Below are positions 47,600 to 55,747 of a DNA stretch of 64,000 bases, piece by piece; the first letter of the stretch is position 1; every line of letters begins with the position of its first letter. The translations under genes and the position numbers were made by a program. The stretch lies in the NCBI GenBank assembly GCA_963843145.1, contig CAWJJC010000012.1:1-64000 (forward strand). The letters are read 5' to 3'. The stretch is from an uncultured delta proteobacterium. GTDB taxonomy: Bacteria > Desulfobacterota > RBG-13-43-22. Under the pieces are notes generated by a model. The model did no database searches. It had not been told where the DNA came from and saw only the letters and a list, made by a program, of their open reading frames with translations.

Positions 47600-50332
47600 A
47601 TGAATAAAATGCAGCCCCTTTACTACCCTCCCCCGTATCAGGATTCCGCCGCCTACGGGCGGCTGATTTTGCGGGACGGTTCCACGGCGTCTATTCACGT
47701 CGCCACGCCAAAAGACCAGCAGGCCCTTCGTGATTTTTTTGAACGGCTTTCTCCGGAGTCCCGCTACCAGCGGTTTTTCAGTTTTCGTTTGCCGGACGAT
47801 CAACTCATTGCCACCTTATGTGATTCCTCCAATCCTCGGGAATGCCTGACCCTGATCGTCACCCGGATCATCGAGGGCGCCGCCCGCGTCATCGCCACGG
47901 GGTCCTATGTTCTGGCGGAGCCGAAAAAGGCTGAGGTGGGGGTAGCGGCCGCCGATCAATTCCAGGGCAAAGGTCTGGCTACGCTGCTCTTGGAGCGGCT
48001 CTCTCTGCTGGCGGTCCGCAACGGCATCCTGCGCTTCCAAGCGGTGACCCACGCCGACAATCGGCGTATGCTGGAAATATTTCAACATTCGGGTTTTCTT
48101 TTAGAGCAGCAGGCCAACCAGGGCCTGATCGATATCGAGCTCTCGGTCCAGTCCGGAGAGGACAGCGTGACTCGATCGGAATTACGGGACCGCGTTTACA
48201 CCACCGCCTCCTTGCTTCCTTTTTTTCGTCCCAATGCCGTGGCGGTGATCGGGGCCTCCCGGAGGGAATCCAGCCTGGGGTTTATGGTGGTGGAATCTCT
48301 GATGACCAACCGGTTTCAAGGTCCGGTGTATCCGGTGAATCCCAAGGCCGAGGTGATCTACTCCATCCGAGCCTCCCATTCGGTCCGGGAACTGCCTGAG
48401 CAGGTGGATTTGGCCGTGGTGGTCGTCCCCAAGGAGGCGGTTTTGCAGGTGGTCGATGATTGTGCCGCCCTCGGGGTGCGGGCCTTGATCGTCATCACGG
48501 CCGGGTATGCCGAAGAAGGTGCTGACGGCCGTCTATTGCAGGAGGCCCTGGTGGAAAAAGTCCGAGGCTACGGCATGCGCCTGGTGGGACCCAACTGCCT
48601 GGGGCTGATGAACACCGATCCTGAAATTCGAATGAACGCCTCCTTTTCCCCCATTTTCCCTCCGGCCGGGAGGATCGCCATGTCTTCCCAGAGCGGGGCC
48701 TTGGGGCTGGCCATCCTGGGGTTTACCAAGCAATTGAACCTGGGGCTTTCCAAATTCATTAGTATCGGCAATAAAGCGGATGTTACCGGGAACGACCTCC
48801 TTCAATATTGGGAAGGGGACCCTCATACCGATGTGATCCTCCTCTACCTGGAATCGTTCGGTAATCCCCGCCGCTTTGCCCGAATTGCCCGCCGGGTCAG
48901 CCGATCGAAGCCCATTGTCGCCGTAAAAAGCGGAAGGACCACGGCCGGGAAGCGGGCGGCCGGATCCCACACTGCGGCACTGGCCGCCAGCGAGGTGGCC
49001 GTCGAAGCCCTTTTCCACCAAACCGGAGTTATCCGGGCCGAAACGCTGGAAGAGATGTTCGACCTGGCGGCCGTTCTGGGCAGCCAACCGTTGCCTCCGG
49101 GCCGGCGGGTAGCCATTGTCACCAACGCCGGAGGCCCGGGGATCCTCTGCGCCGATACCTGTGAGGCGGGGGGAATGAAGGTGTCGGAACTTACCGGAAA
49201 AATCCAGGCTGAACTACGGGCCGCTATTCCCAAAGCCGCCAGCCTCGGGAATCCCGTCGACATGATCGCCTCGGCGACCCCCGAAGAATATCAAAAGGCC
49301 ATTGAGGTGTTGCTGGCGGCCGAGGAAGTAGATGCCTTAATCATCATTTATATTCCGGTCATCGCCCAGACCGAAATCGTCTCCCGGGCAATTTATCGAG
49401 GGGTCTCGGCCGCCCGGGCCGCCGGCGTCGTCTCTAAACCGGTACTGGCCTGCATGATGGTCGGAGAGGGGTTGACCGGGTCCCTGAAATTTGAAGAGGA
49501 GACCATCCCGACCTTTGCCTTTCCGGAAGCGGTAGCCCGGGTCTTAAGCCGGGTGGCGGCGTATGGCGAATGGCGCCGTCTGCCGATAGGCATGTATCCG
49601 GATTTTGAAGACCTGGAGGTTGAACCGGTCCGGGCGATCTGCCAACAGGCTATCCGAGAGCGGGGAGCCGGCTGGCTCACGGCCGAAGAAATCCAAAGGA
49701 TTTTTAAGGCGGTCGGGTTGCCGCAGGCCCCCGGCGGATTGGCCCGAACGGCCGAAGAAGCCGCGGAGCTGGCCGAAAAAATGGGGTTTCCGGTGGCCGC
49801 CAAGCTGTCCTCACTGGAGATCGTCCATAAAACCGAAGTAGGCGGAGTCCATTTGAACTTAGCCGATAAGGCCGCTGTTCGAGAGGCTTTTTTATCCATA
49901 CAGTCGACCCTGGAGGCCTCCGGAAATCTTCAGGCGCTGGAAGGTGTCTGGATTCAGTCCATGATCTCCGGAGGGGTGGAGATCATGGTGGGCGTCACCG
50001 AAGACCCGGTTTTCGGTCCCCTGGTGGCCTTTGGGCTGGGGGGAATTCATGTCGAAGTTCTGGGTGATGTGCGCTTTCGGGTAACCCCGCTCACCGATCG
50101 GGACGCCCGGGAGTTGGTCCGGGAGATCCGCGGATTTAAGCTCTTGACCGGCTACCGGGGGAGTCCGCCGGCGGATATCGAGGCCTTGGAGGAGGTCCTG
50201 CTCCGGGTGTCGCGTCTGGTGGAAGAAGTTCCGGAAATAACGGATTTGGATTTGAATCCCATCTTGACCCGGCCTCCCGGCGAAGGCTGCCTGATCGTCG
50301 ATGCCCGGATTCGGGTGGAGACCAGGCCCTAA
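47600..50332 (+). CDS. GNAT plus NDP-forming acyl-CoA synthetase fusion (Pat-like protein lysine acetyltransferase)
   Basis: N-terminal GNAT (LRDGS, SRYQRFF, QGKGLATLL); CoA-binding (VAVIGAS, GPNCLG, SQSGA, SHTAALA, TNAGG); ATP-grasp (HKTEVGGV, DLNP). Confidence 0.9.
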   Translation: MNKMQPLYYPPPYQDSAAYGRLILRDGSTASIHVATPKDQQALRDFFERLSPESRYQRFFSFRLPDDQLIATLCDSSNPRECLTLIVTRIIEGAARVIATGSYVLAEPKKAEVGVAAADQFQGKGLATLLLERLSLLAVRNGILRFQAVTHADNRRMLEIFQHSGFLLEQQANQGLIDIELSVQSGEDSVTRSELRDRVYTTASLLPFFRPNAVAVIGASRRESSLGFMVVESLMTNRFQGPVYPVNPKAEVIYSIRASHSVRELPEQVDLAVVVVPKEAVLQVVDDCAALGVRALIVITAGYAEEGADGRLLQEALVEKVRGYGMRLVGPNCLGLMNTDPEIRMNASFSPIFPPAGRIAMSSQSGALGLAILGFTKQLNLGLSKFISIGNKADVTGNDLLQYWEGDPHTDVILLYLESFGNPRRFARIARRVSRSKPIVAVKSGRTTAGKRAAGSHTAALAASEVAVEALFHQTGVIRAETLEEMFDLAAVLGSQPLPPGRRVAIVTNAGGPGILCADTCEAGGMKVSELTGKIQAELRAAIPKAASLGNPVDMIASATPEEYQKAIEVLLAAEEVDALIIIYIPVIAQTEIVSRAIYRGVSAARAAGVVSKPVLACMMVGEGLTGSLKFEEETIPTFAFPEAVARVLSRVAAYGEWRRLPIGMYPDFEDLEVEPVRAICQQAIRERGAGWLTAEEIQRIFKAVGLPQAPGGLARTAEEAAELAEKMGFPVAAKLSSLEIVHKTEVGGVHLNLADKAAVREAFLSIQSTLEASGNLQALEGVWIQSMISGGVEIMVGVTEDPVFGPLVAFGLGGIHVEVLGDVRFRVTPLTDRDARELVREIRGFKLLTGYRGSPPADIEALEEVLLRVSRLVEEVPEITDLDLNPILTRPPGEGCLIVDARIRVETRP

Positions 50333-50343
50333 CAATAATTCTT

Positions 50344-50405
50344 GGCGGGCTCGCAAAAAAGTCCCCAAGGCTGTCATTGCGAGGAGTGAAGCGACGAAGC
50401 AATCC
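50344..50405. repeat. Composite repeat: CTCGCAAAAAAGTC end plus GTCATTGCGAGG...GCGACGAAGCAATC REP-like palindrome
   Basis: Shares its terminal motif with the 1982 and 35869 elements and its GTCATT head with 41985. Confidence 0.65.
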
Positions 50406-50409
50406 CCAA

Positions 50410-50640
50410 AAATCAACTATTTTTGGTTAGTGCTTAGCGCGGTATTGGCCGGGCTCTTTCCTGCTTACGGGCAGGCCCTGCGCCAGGCCACTTTTATCCC
50501 TCAATGGATCCCGCAAGCCCAGTTCGCGGGATATTATGTGGCCTACGAAAAAGGGTATTATCGAGAAAAGGGGATCGATCTTCAGCTCCTCAAGGGCGGA
50601 CCGGAACGGCCTCCTTCGGAATGGCTGGAAAAGGAGTTTT
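50410..50640 (+). pseudogene. N-terminal fragment of an NMT1/THI5-like ABC substrate-binding protein
   Basis: Signal-like segment then QWIPQAQFAGYYVAYEKGYY..GID....GGP; truncated, no clear start. Confidence 0.7.
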
Positions 50641-50664
50641 TCATCGAATTAAACGGAGGTAGGT

Positions 50665-50979
50665 ATGCGAAAACGAATTCGGAAAAAATTATTCTTGGGT
50701 GAATTTCAGGAGTTTGGATTTGAGGTGCAGTTTCGTCTCCCGCCCGACCTGAGCGATCAGGACCAGGAGGCTTTTTTCAACGCCTTCTGGACCGAGGCCA
50801 TCGATGGCCAGGGCTTAATATTCGACGGCGGTTGCGGCCTGGACTGGGATATCTTTATCACCCTGGCCGACCGGGGCTCGACCAAAGAAAGCCACCGGAA
50901 ACTGGTCGAGGAGTGGCTCCAGAAATCTCCCTTGGTGTCGGAAATAAGGATCGGACCCCTGGTCGATGCCTGGAATTAA
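50665..50979 (+). CDS. yggL: YggL (DUF469) family protein
   Basis: RKRIRKKL.LGEFQE.GF, I....L.F.GG and L.DAW motifs. Confidence 0.85.
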   Translation: MRKRIRKKLFLGEFQEFGFEVQFRLPPDLSDQDQEAFFNAFWTEAIDGQGLIFDGGCGLDWDIFITLADRGSTKESHRKLVEEWLQKSPLVSEIRIGPLVDAWN

Positions 50980-51169
50980 TCGGAACTTGATATGTTTTAA
51001 TTCTATCTGTCGTAATCCCGATCGGTTATTTTTATTCCTTTTTTTCTAGAGCTTCAACCATACTGAAAAGGCCACTGTTCGTTTCGCCACCGGAGGAATA
51101 TGCAAAAAATGCATATTGCTTTCTCCATAAGGAAAGAGGCGTGAAGTTAAAAATGGCAGAGAAGAGCAC

Positions 51170-53305
51170 ATGACCGACGGTTTCAAAGACATCGAAAAAC
51201 TTGAGACCGCCCTTTGGGAGGCGGCGGACAACCTGCGGGCCAATTCCAAGCTTACTTCCAGCGACTACTTCATGCCGGTCTTGGGGGTGATCTTCCTCCG
51301 TCACGCCGCGAACCGTTTCGAGGAGGCCAGACGGCAGATCGAGGAGGATCAGGCGGCCGGCCGGATGCCCAAACGAAAAGTGGTGCCGGCCGATTATCTG
51401 CGCCGCCGCGCCCTCTGGCTTCCCGAGACCGCCCGTTATGACTGGATCATGGAGCAGGCCGCCGTCGGCGGCAGCGACCTTCCCGGCCTGGTGTCCGAAG
51501 CTATGACCGCCATCGAGGAGGCCTTCGAGCCGCTGCAGGGTGTCCTTCCCAAAGATTACGGGATCTTCGAGCCCAAGGTGCTGGAAGACCTGATGCGGCT
51601 CTTCAACAGCGAACAGATCAAACAGGCCACCGGCGATGTCTTCGGCCGCATCTATGAATACTTCCTGGCCAAGTTTTCCGTCCAGAAAGCCCACGATAAC
51701 GGGGAGTTCTTCACCCCCTCCTCCCTGGTCCAGACCATCGTCAATGTCATCGAGCCCGATCACGGCACCGTTTTCGACCTGGCCTGCGGTTCGGGGGGCA
51801 TGTTCGTCCAATCCAGCCACTTCATCGAACAGGAGGGCGGCGATACGGCCAAGAAGGTGGTTTTTTATGGCCAGGAGAAAAACCGCGACACCATCCGCAT
51901 CGCCCAGATGAACCTGGCCGTCCACGGGCTGGAAGGGAAGATTGCCGAGGCCATCACCTATTACCAGGACGAGTATGCCCTGGCCGGCAAGTGCGATTTT
52001 GTGATGGCCAATCCGCCTTTCAATGTCGATCTGGTGGATGCCGAACGGATCAAGATCGACCCGCGCCTGCCTTTCGGGCTGCCGGGAGTGAACAAGCAGA
52101 AGAAGGTCTCCAACGGGAACTATCTCTGGATTTCCTATTTCTGGAGCTACCTGAACGAAAAGGGCCGGGCCGGGTTTGTCATGTCTTCCCAGGCCTCCAG
52201 CGCCGGGCACGGCGAGAAGGAAGTCCGGCGAAAGATTATCGAGACCGGAGATGTGGACGTGATGATTTCCATCCGCTCCAATTTTTTTTACACCCGAACC
52301 GTCCCCTGCGAGCTGTGGCACTTCGACCGGGCGAAGCCGCCTGAACGCAAAGACAAGGTGCTGATGCTCGATGCCCGGAATATCTACCGCAAGGTCACCC
52401 GCAAGATCAATGACTTCTCTCCGGAGCAGATGCGTAACCTTTCGGCCATCGTTTGGCTCTATCGGGGTCAGTCCGATCGGTTCCTGGCGCTGGTGAAGGA
52501 TTACCTGCATTCCGTTTGTGACGAATGCGCAGCCATACCGGATAAACTTGCCGACTTTGAAAAAGAACTGGCCGATCTGGACGGGCGTATTGTGATTCTC
52601 GAAAAGGCCGTTGAAGAAGCCGATTCCGTTGAGGACGAGAAGAAAAAGACCCTGGCTGAGGCGAGTACGGAACTCCACGAAACTGAAAAATCTTACGAAA
52701 TCGACAGGAACAATCTGCTGGCCGATCTCCGGGGTTTCCTTAAACGGTTTGCCGCACCATTACCGGAAAAAAATGAATCGCAACACAAAGCCCGACGGAT
52801 ATTCGAACCGATTGCCGAACGGATCAAGGGGCTGATCAAGCAGGTGGATCTGCTCTACAAGTTGGCCGCCCGGGTGGCCGATCTGGGAACGGATCTCCCT
52901 CTCCCTTTGGGAGAGGGCCGGGGTGAGGGTGGAACGGCAATCGATATTCGTTCTATCCGGCGTTCCTTGAAGCAGCTCGACGAGGGGCGAAAGGCGGCCG
53001 TCGAACAGCTCAAGCAAGCCGTATATTTTCACCGACAGGTGATCTGGCTGCAGGCCCGCTTCCCCAAGGCAGAGTTGGAAGACGTGCCGGGGCTCGTAAG
53101 GCTAGTGGATGTCAAGGAAATAGAAGCGGCCGACTGGAGTCTGACCCCGGGCCGATTTGTAGGCGTGGCGCCTTCAGAAGAGGACGAGGATTTCGATTTC
53201 GAGGCCACTATGCGAGACATCCATAGCGAGCTGGCCGACCTCAACAAAGAGGCGGCGGAGCTGGCAGCAAAAATCCAGGCAAACTTTGAGGAATTGGGGA
53301 TATGA
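51170..53305 (+). CDS. hsdM: Type I R-M methyltransferase subunit with long coiled-coil C-terminal region
   Basis: LWEAADNLRA, GEFFTP, DLACGSGGM, YGQE, ANPPFN and WSLTPGRFVG motifs. Confidence 0.95.
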   Translation: MTDGFKDIEKLETALWEAADNLRANSKLTSSDYFMPVLGVIFLRHAANRFEEARRQIEEDQAAGRMPKRKVVPADYLRRRALWLPETARYDWIMEQAAVGGSDLPGLVSEAMTAIEEAFEPLQGVLPKDYGIFEPKVLEDLMRLFNSEQIKQATGDVFGRIYEYFLAKFSVQKAHDNGEFFTPSSLVQTIVNVIEPDHGTVFDLACGSGGMFVQSSHFIEQEGGDTAKKVVFYGQEKNRDTIRIAQMNLAVHGLEGKIAEAITYYQDEYALAGKCDFVMANPPFNVDLVDAERIKIDPRLPFGLPGVNKQKKVSNGNYLWISYFWSYLNEKGRAGFVMSSQASSAGHGEKEVRRKIIETGDVDVMISIRSNFFYTRTVPCELWHFDRAKPPERKDKVLMLDARNIYRKVTRKINDFSPEQMRNLSAIVWLYRGQSDRFLALVKDYLHSVCDECAAIPDKLADFEKELADLDGRIVILEKAVEEADSVEDEKKKTLAEASTELHETEKSYEIDRNNLLADLRGFLKRFAAPLPEKNESQHKARRIFEPIAERIKGLIKQVDLLYKLAARVADLGTDLPLPLGEGRGEGGTAIDIRSIRRSLKQLDEGRKAAVEQLKQAVYFHRQVIWLQARFPKAELEDVPGLVRLVDVKEIEAADWSLTPGRFVGVAPSEEDEDFDFEATMRDIHSELADLNKEAAELAAKIQANFEELGI
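52895..52929 (+). repeat. Palindromic element read in frame inside hsdM
   Basis: CTCCCTCTCCCTTTGGGAGAGGGCCGGGGTGAGGG encodes LPLPLGEGRGEG. Confidence 0.75.
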
Positions 53306-54528
53306 GTGGTCAAGTTTGGAGCACCGTTCGTCTTGGCAACCATTGTTCGAAAATTGGAAGTGGAGTGACGCCAAGAGGCGGTGAATCTGTCTATCAGGAG
53401 AGAGGAGTATCCTTGATTCGGAGTCAAAACGTTTATAATGGCCATTTCTTGACCGATGGGCTCGCGTATCTTGGGGAAGATCACGCTGAACAACTTAAAG
53501 GGGTGACCGTTGAAGATGGCGACATTTTGCTTAATATCACGGGCGATTCTGTCGCACGATGCTGCCGAGTCCCTGAAGCCATTCTTCCCGCTCGAGTAAA
53601 TCAACACGTTTCCATAATCCGCCTGAAACCTGAAGACTTCGATTCTCGCTTCGTGGGTTACTTCCTCATCTCTCCCTTTATGCAAGACACAATGCTGTCT
53701 TTTGCAGGAAGCGGCGGCACTCGCAAGGCCCTTACCAAAGAGATGATTGAACGCTTTGAGTTGCCAAAGCCTCCGCGACCAGTGCAGAAGAAAATCGTCG
53801 ACATTCTCTCGGCCTACGACGACCTGATCGAGAATAACCGGCGGCGGATGGCGCTGCTGGAGGAGGTGGCGCGACAGCTTTATCAGGAGTGGTTTGTCCG
53901 CCTCCGCTTCCCCGGCCACGAGCACACCCGGATTATTGATGGCGTGCCGGAAGGGTGGGAACGAAAAACTGCCTTTGATTCCCTTCAAATTCTGAGTGGT
54001 GGAACTCCCAAAACAACTGTGGCAGATTATTGGGGTGGTGAGATCCCCTTCTATACCCCAAAAGATGCTGTTAGCGGTGTTTGGGTAATCGATTGTGAAC
54101 GAGGTGTAACGGAGCTTGGGCTTAAGAACTGTAATAGCAAATTATATCCCAAAGAAACTGTTTTCATTTCGGCACGTGGGACAGTAGGAAAAATCAATAT
54201 GGCGCAAAGGCCCATGGTAATGAGCCAATCCTGCTACGCATTAATCGGTAAAAACGGTTTGACGCAACCATTCGTCTACTTGTCAATGGAAGCCGGGATT
54301 GACGCTTTGCGTCAACAAGCAGCCGGGGCAGTCTTTGATGCTATCATCGTAGACACTTTTAAGCGTATTGACTTGATTGTTCCAAAGAGGAAAATTGTAT
54401 CCCAGTTTGATTTAATCATTCGACCTTTACTGGACCAGTTGGAGAACCTAGCCATTCAGAACCTAAAACTACGTACCGCCCGTGATATACTTCTCCCTCG
54501 TTTGATGAATGGGGAGATTGTGGTATAA
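53302..54528 (+). CDS. hsdS: Type I R-M specificity subunit
   Basis: Two TRDs; central Q.KI..ILSAYDDLIENN...LY.EWF.RLRFP...VPEGW; terminal RD.LLPRLMNGEI. Confidence 0.95.
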   Translation: MSGQVWSTVRLGNHCSKIGSGVTPRGGESVYQERGVSLIRSQNVYNGHFLTDGLAYLGEDHAEQLKGVTVEDGDILLNITGDSVARCCRVPEAILPARVNQHVSIIRLKPEDFDSRFVGYFLISPFMQDTMLSFAGSGGTRKALTKEMIERFELPKPPRPVQKKIVDILSAYDDLIENNRRRMALLEEVARQLYQEWFVRLRFPGHEHTRIIDGVPEGWERKTAFDSLQILSGGTPKTTVADYWGGEIPFYTPKDAVSGVWVIDCERGVTELGLKNCNSKLYPKETVFISARGTVGKINMAQRPMVMSQSCYALIGKNGLTQPFVYLSMEAGIDALRQQAAGAVFDAIIVDTFKRIDLIVPKRKIVSQFDLIIRPLLDQLENLAIQNLKLRTARDILLPRLMNGEIVV

Positions 54529-54549
54529 CGCTGTTACTGCTGAAGAAGG

Positions 54550-55722
54550 ATGGCGTCTATGAATAACCTATACAAGCTTAAAATTGAGGGGTTCAAATCT
54601 ATACGAAATCAGGAGCTTGAGTTTGCCCCCCTTAATGTTTTTATCGGCGGTAACGGGGCCGGCAAATCCAATCTAGTCAGCCTATTCCATTTCCTTCGGC
54701 GGATAGTCGACCAAGAGCTTCAAACATATACCGGTGAAGCAGGGGGGGCTAACGCCATACTTTACTTCGGTCGAAAGAGGACCGAAAAAATCTCCACGAG
54801 AATTGAATTCCGGTCGGGCAGCGATGCGAATATATATGAGTTTATTTTAATTCCAACGGATGAAGACCGGTTCATCTTTGAAAAGGAAAGCACTTATTAT
54901 TGGGCAACGAACCGATATGATGACCCCTACTTAGCCAATTCTTGGAAAGGTCACAAAGAGGCTCGAATTACCGATGAGAAAAATCCCGTCGCCGCTTATG
55001 TACGTAGCCATCTGGAGAGCTATCGTATCTATCATTTTCATGATACCAGTCCTTCCGCTTTGGTAAAACAGACCGGGGATGTGGCCGACAATCGGTTTTT
55101 GCGCCCCGATGCAGGCAATCTCGCCGCCTTCCTTTATAGGCTTCAGCAAAAACAACCTGATCATTTTGAAAATATCGAAGATACGATAAGACAGGTGGCG
55201 CCTTTTTGGGGCCGTTTCAGGCTGGAACCTTCCCTCTTAAATCCTGACAAAATTCGTCTCGAATGGGAAGAAAAGGGAAGCGATATCTATTTCAATGCCT
55301 CAGCGCTCTCCGATGGCACCTTGCGGTTCATCTGCCTCTCGACCCTACTCCTTCAGCCGTCCCTTCCTTCTCTCATTCTCATCGACGAGCCGGAGCTGGG
55401 GCTTCACCCGGCTTCTATTCAGGTGCTTGCAGGTCTTCTTCAGTCTGCCGCAACCAGGACCCAATTGATCGTAGCCACCCAGTCAGTGACCCTGATCAAT
55501 CAATTGCAACCGGAGCAGGTGTGGATAGTGGACCGGGAGGATGGCCAGAGCGTTTTTCGCCACTTAAAGTCGGCTGACATGTCGGAATGGCTCGAAAAGA
55601 ATATTGCGCCTCCTCCCGGCATACCAGAAGACCGTTCATGGTCCACTGGTAACCAGACGCATAGGTTTGGAAACATTACGACGCGAATGCCGGCACTTCA
55701 ACGACTGGCTTTTAAAGCTTGA
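54550..55722 (+). CDS. ABC/SMC-type ATPase (AAA_21-like) between hsdS and hsdR; aberrant C-terminus after residue ~348
   Basis: IEGFKSI, GGNGAGKSN, LSDGTLRF, IDEPELGLHP and ATQS motifs. Confidence 0.88.
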   Translation: MASMNNLYKLKIEGFKSIRNQELEFAPLNVFIGGNGAGKSNLVSLFHFLRRIVDQELQTYTGEAGGANAILYFGRKRTEKISTRIEFRSGSDANIYEFILIPTDEDRFIFEKESTYYWATNRYDDPYLANSWKGHKEARITDEKNPVAAYVRSHLESYRIYHFHDTSPSALVKQTGDVADNRFLRPDAGNLAAFLYRLQQKQPDHFENIEDTIRQVAPFWGRFRLEPSLLNPDKIRLEWEEKGSDIYFNASALSDGTLRFICLSTLLLQPSLPSLILIDEPELGLHPASIQVLAGLLQSAATRTQLIVATQSVTLINQLQPEQVWIVDREDGQSVFRHLKSADMSEWLEKNIAPPPGIPEDRSWSTGNQTHRFGNITTRMPALQRLAFKA

Positions 55723-55732
55723 AAGTATTTAG
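55592..55732 (+). pseudogene. C-terminal remnant of a DUF4276-family protein
   Basis: The +1 frame reads SKRILRLLPAYQKTVHGPLVTRRIGLETLRRECRHFNDWLLKLESI*, matching the DUF4276 tail (PSKRI...Y.K..HG......IGL..IR..C.HF..WL..LE). Confidence 0.72.
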
Positions 55733-55747
55733 GATCAAAAGTCTTAG

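Noticed and set aside
51032-52678. 548-aa minus-strand ORF and other long antisense ORFs (e.g. 5287-6237, 12197-13231, 53029-53988)
   Set aside because: Antisense to well-supported genes, which is common in GC-rich DNA; no protein motifs.
53302-54528. Phase-variable (invertible) hsdS
   Set aside because: Single hsdS, with no recombinase, inverted repeats or simple-sequence tract seen; lower-GC TRDs are normal.
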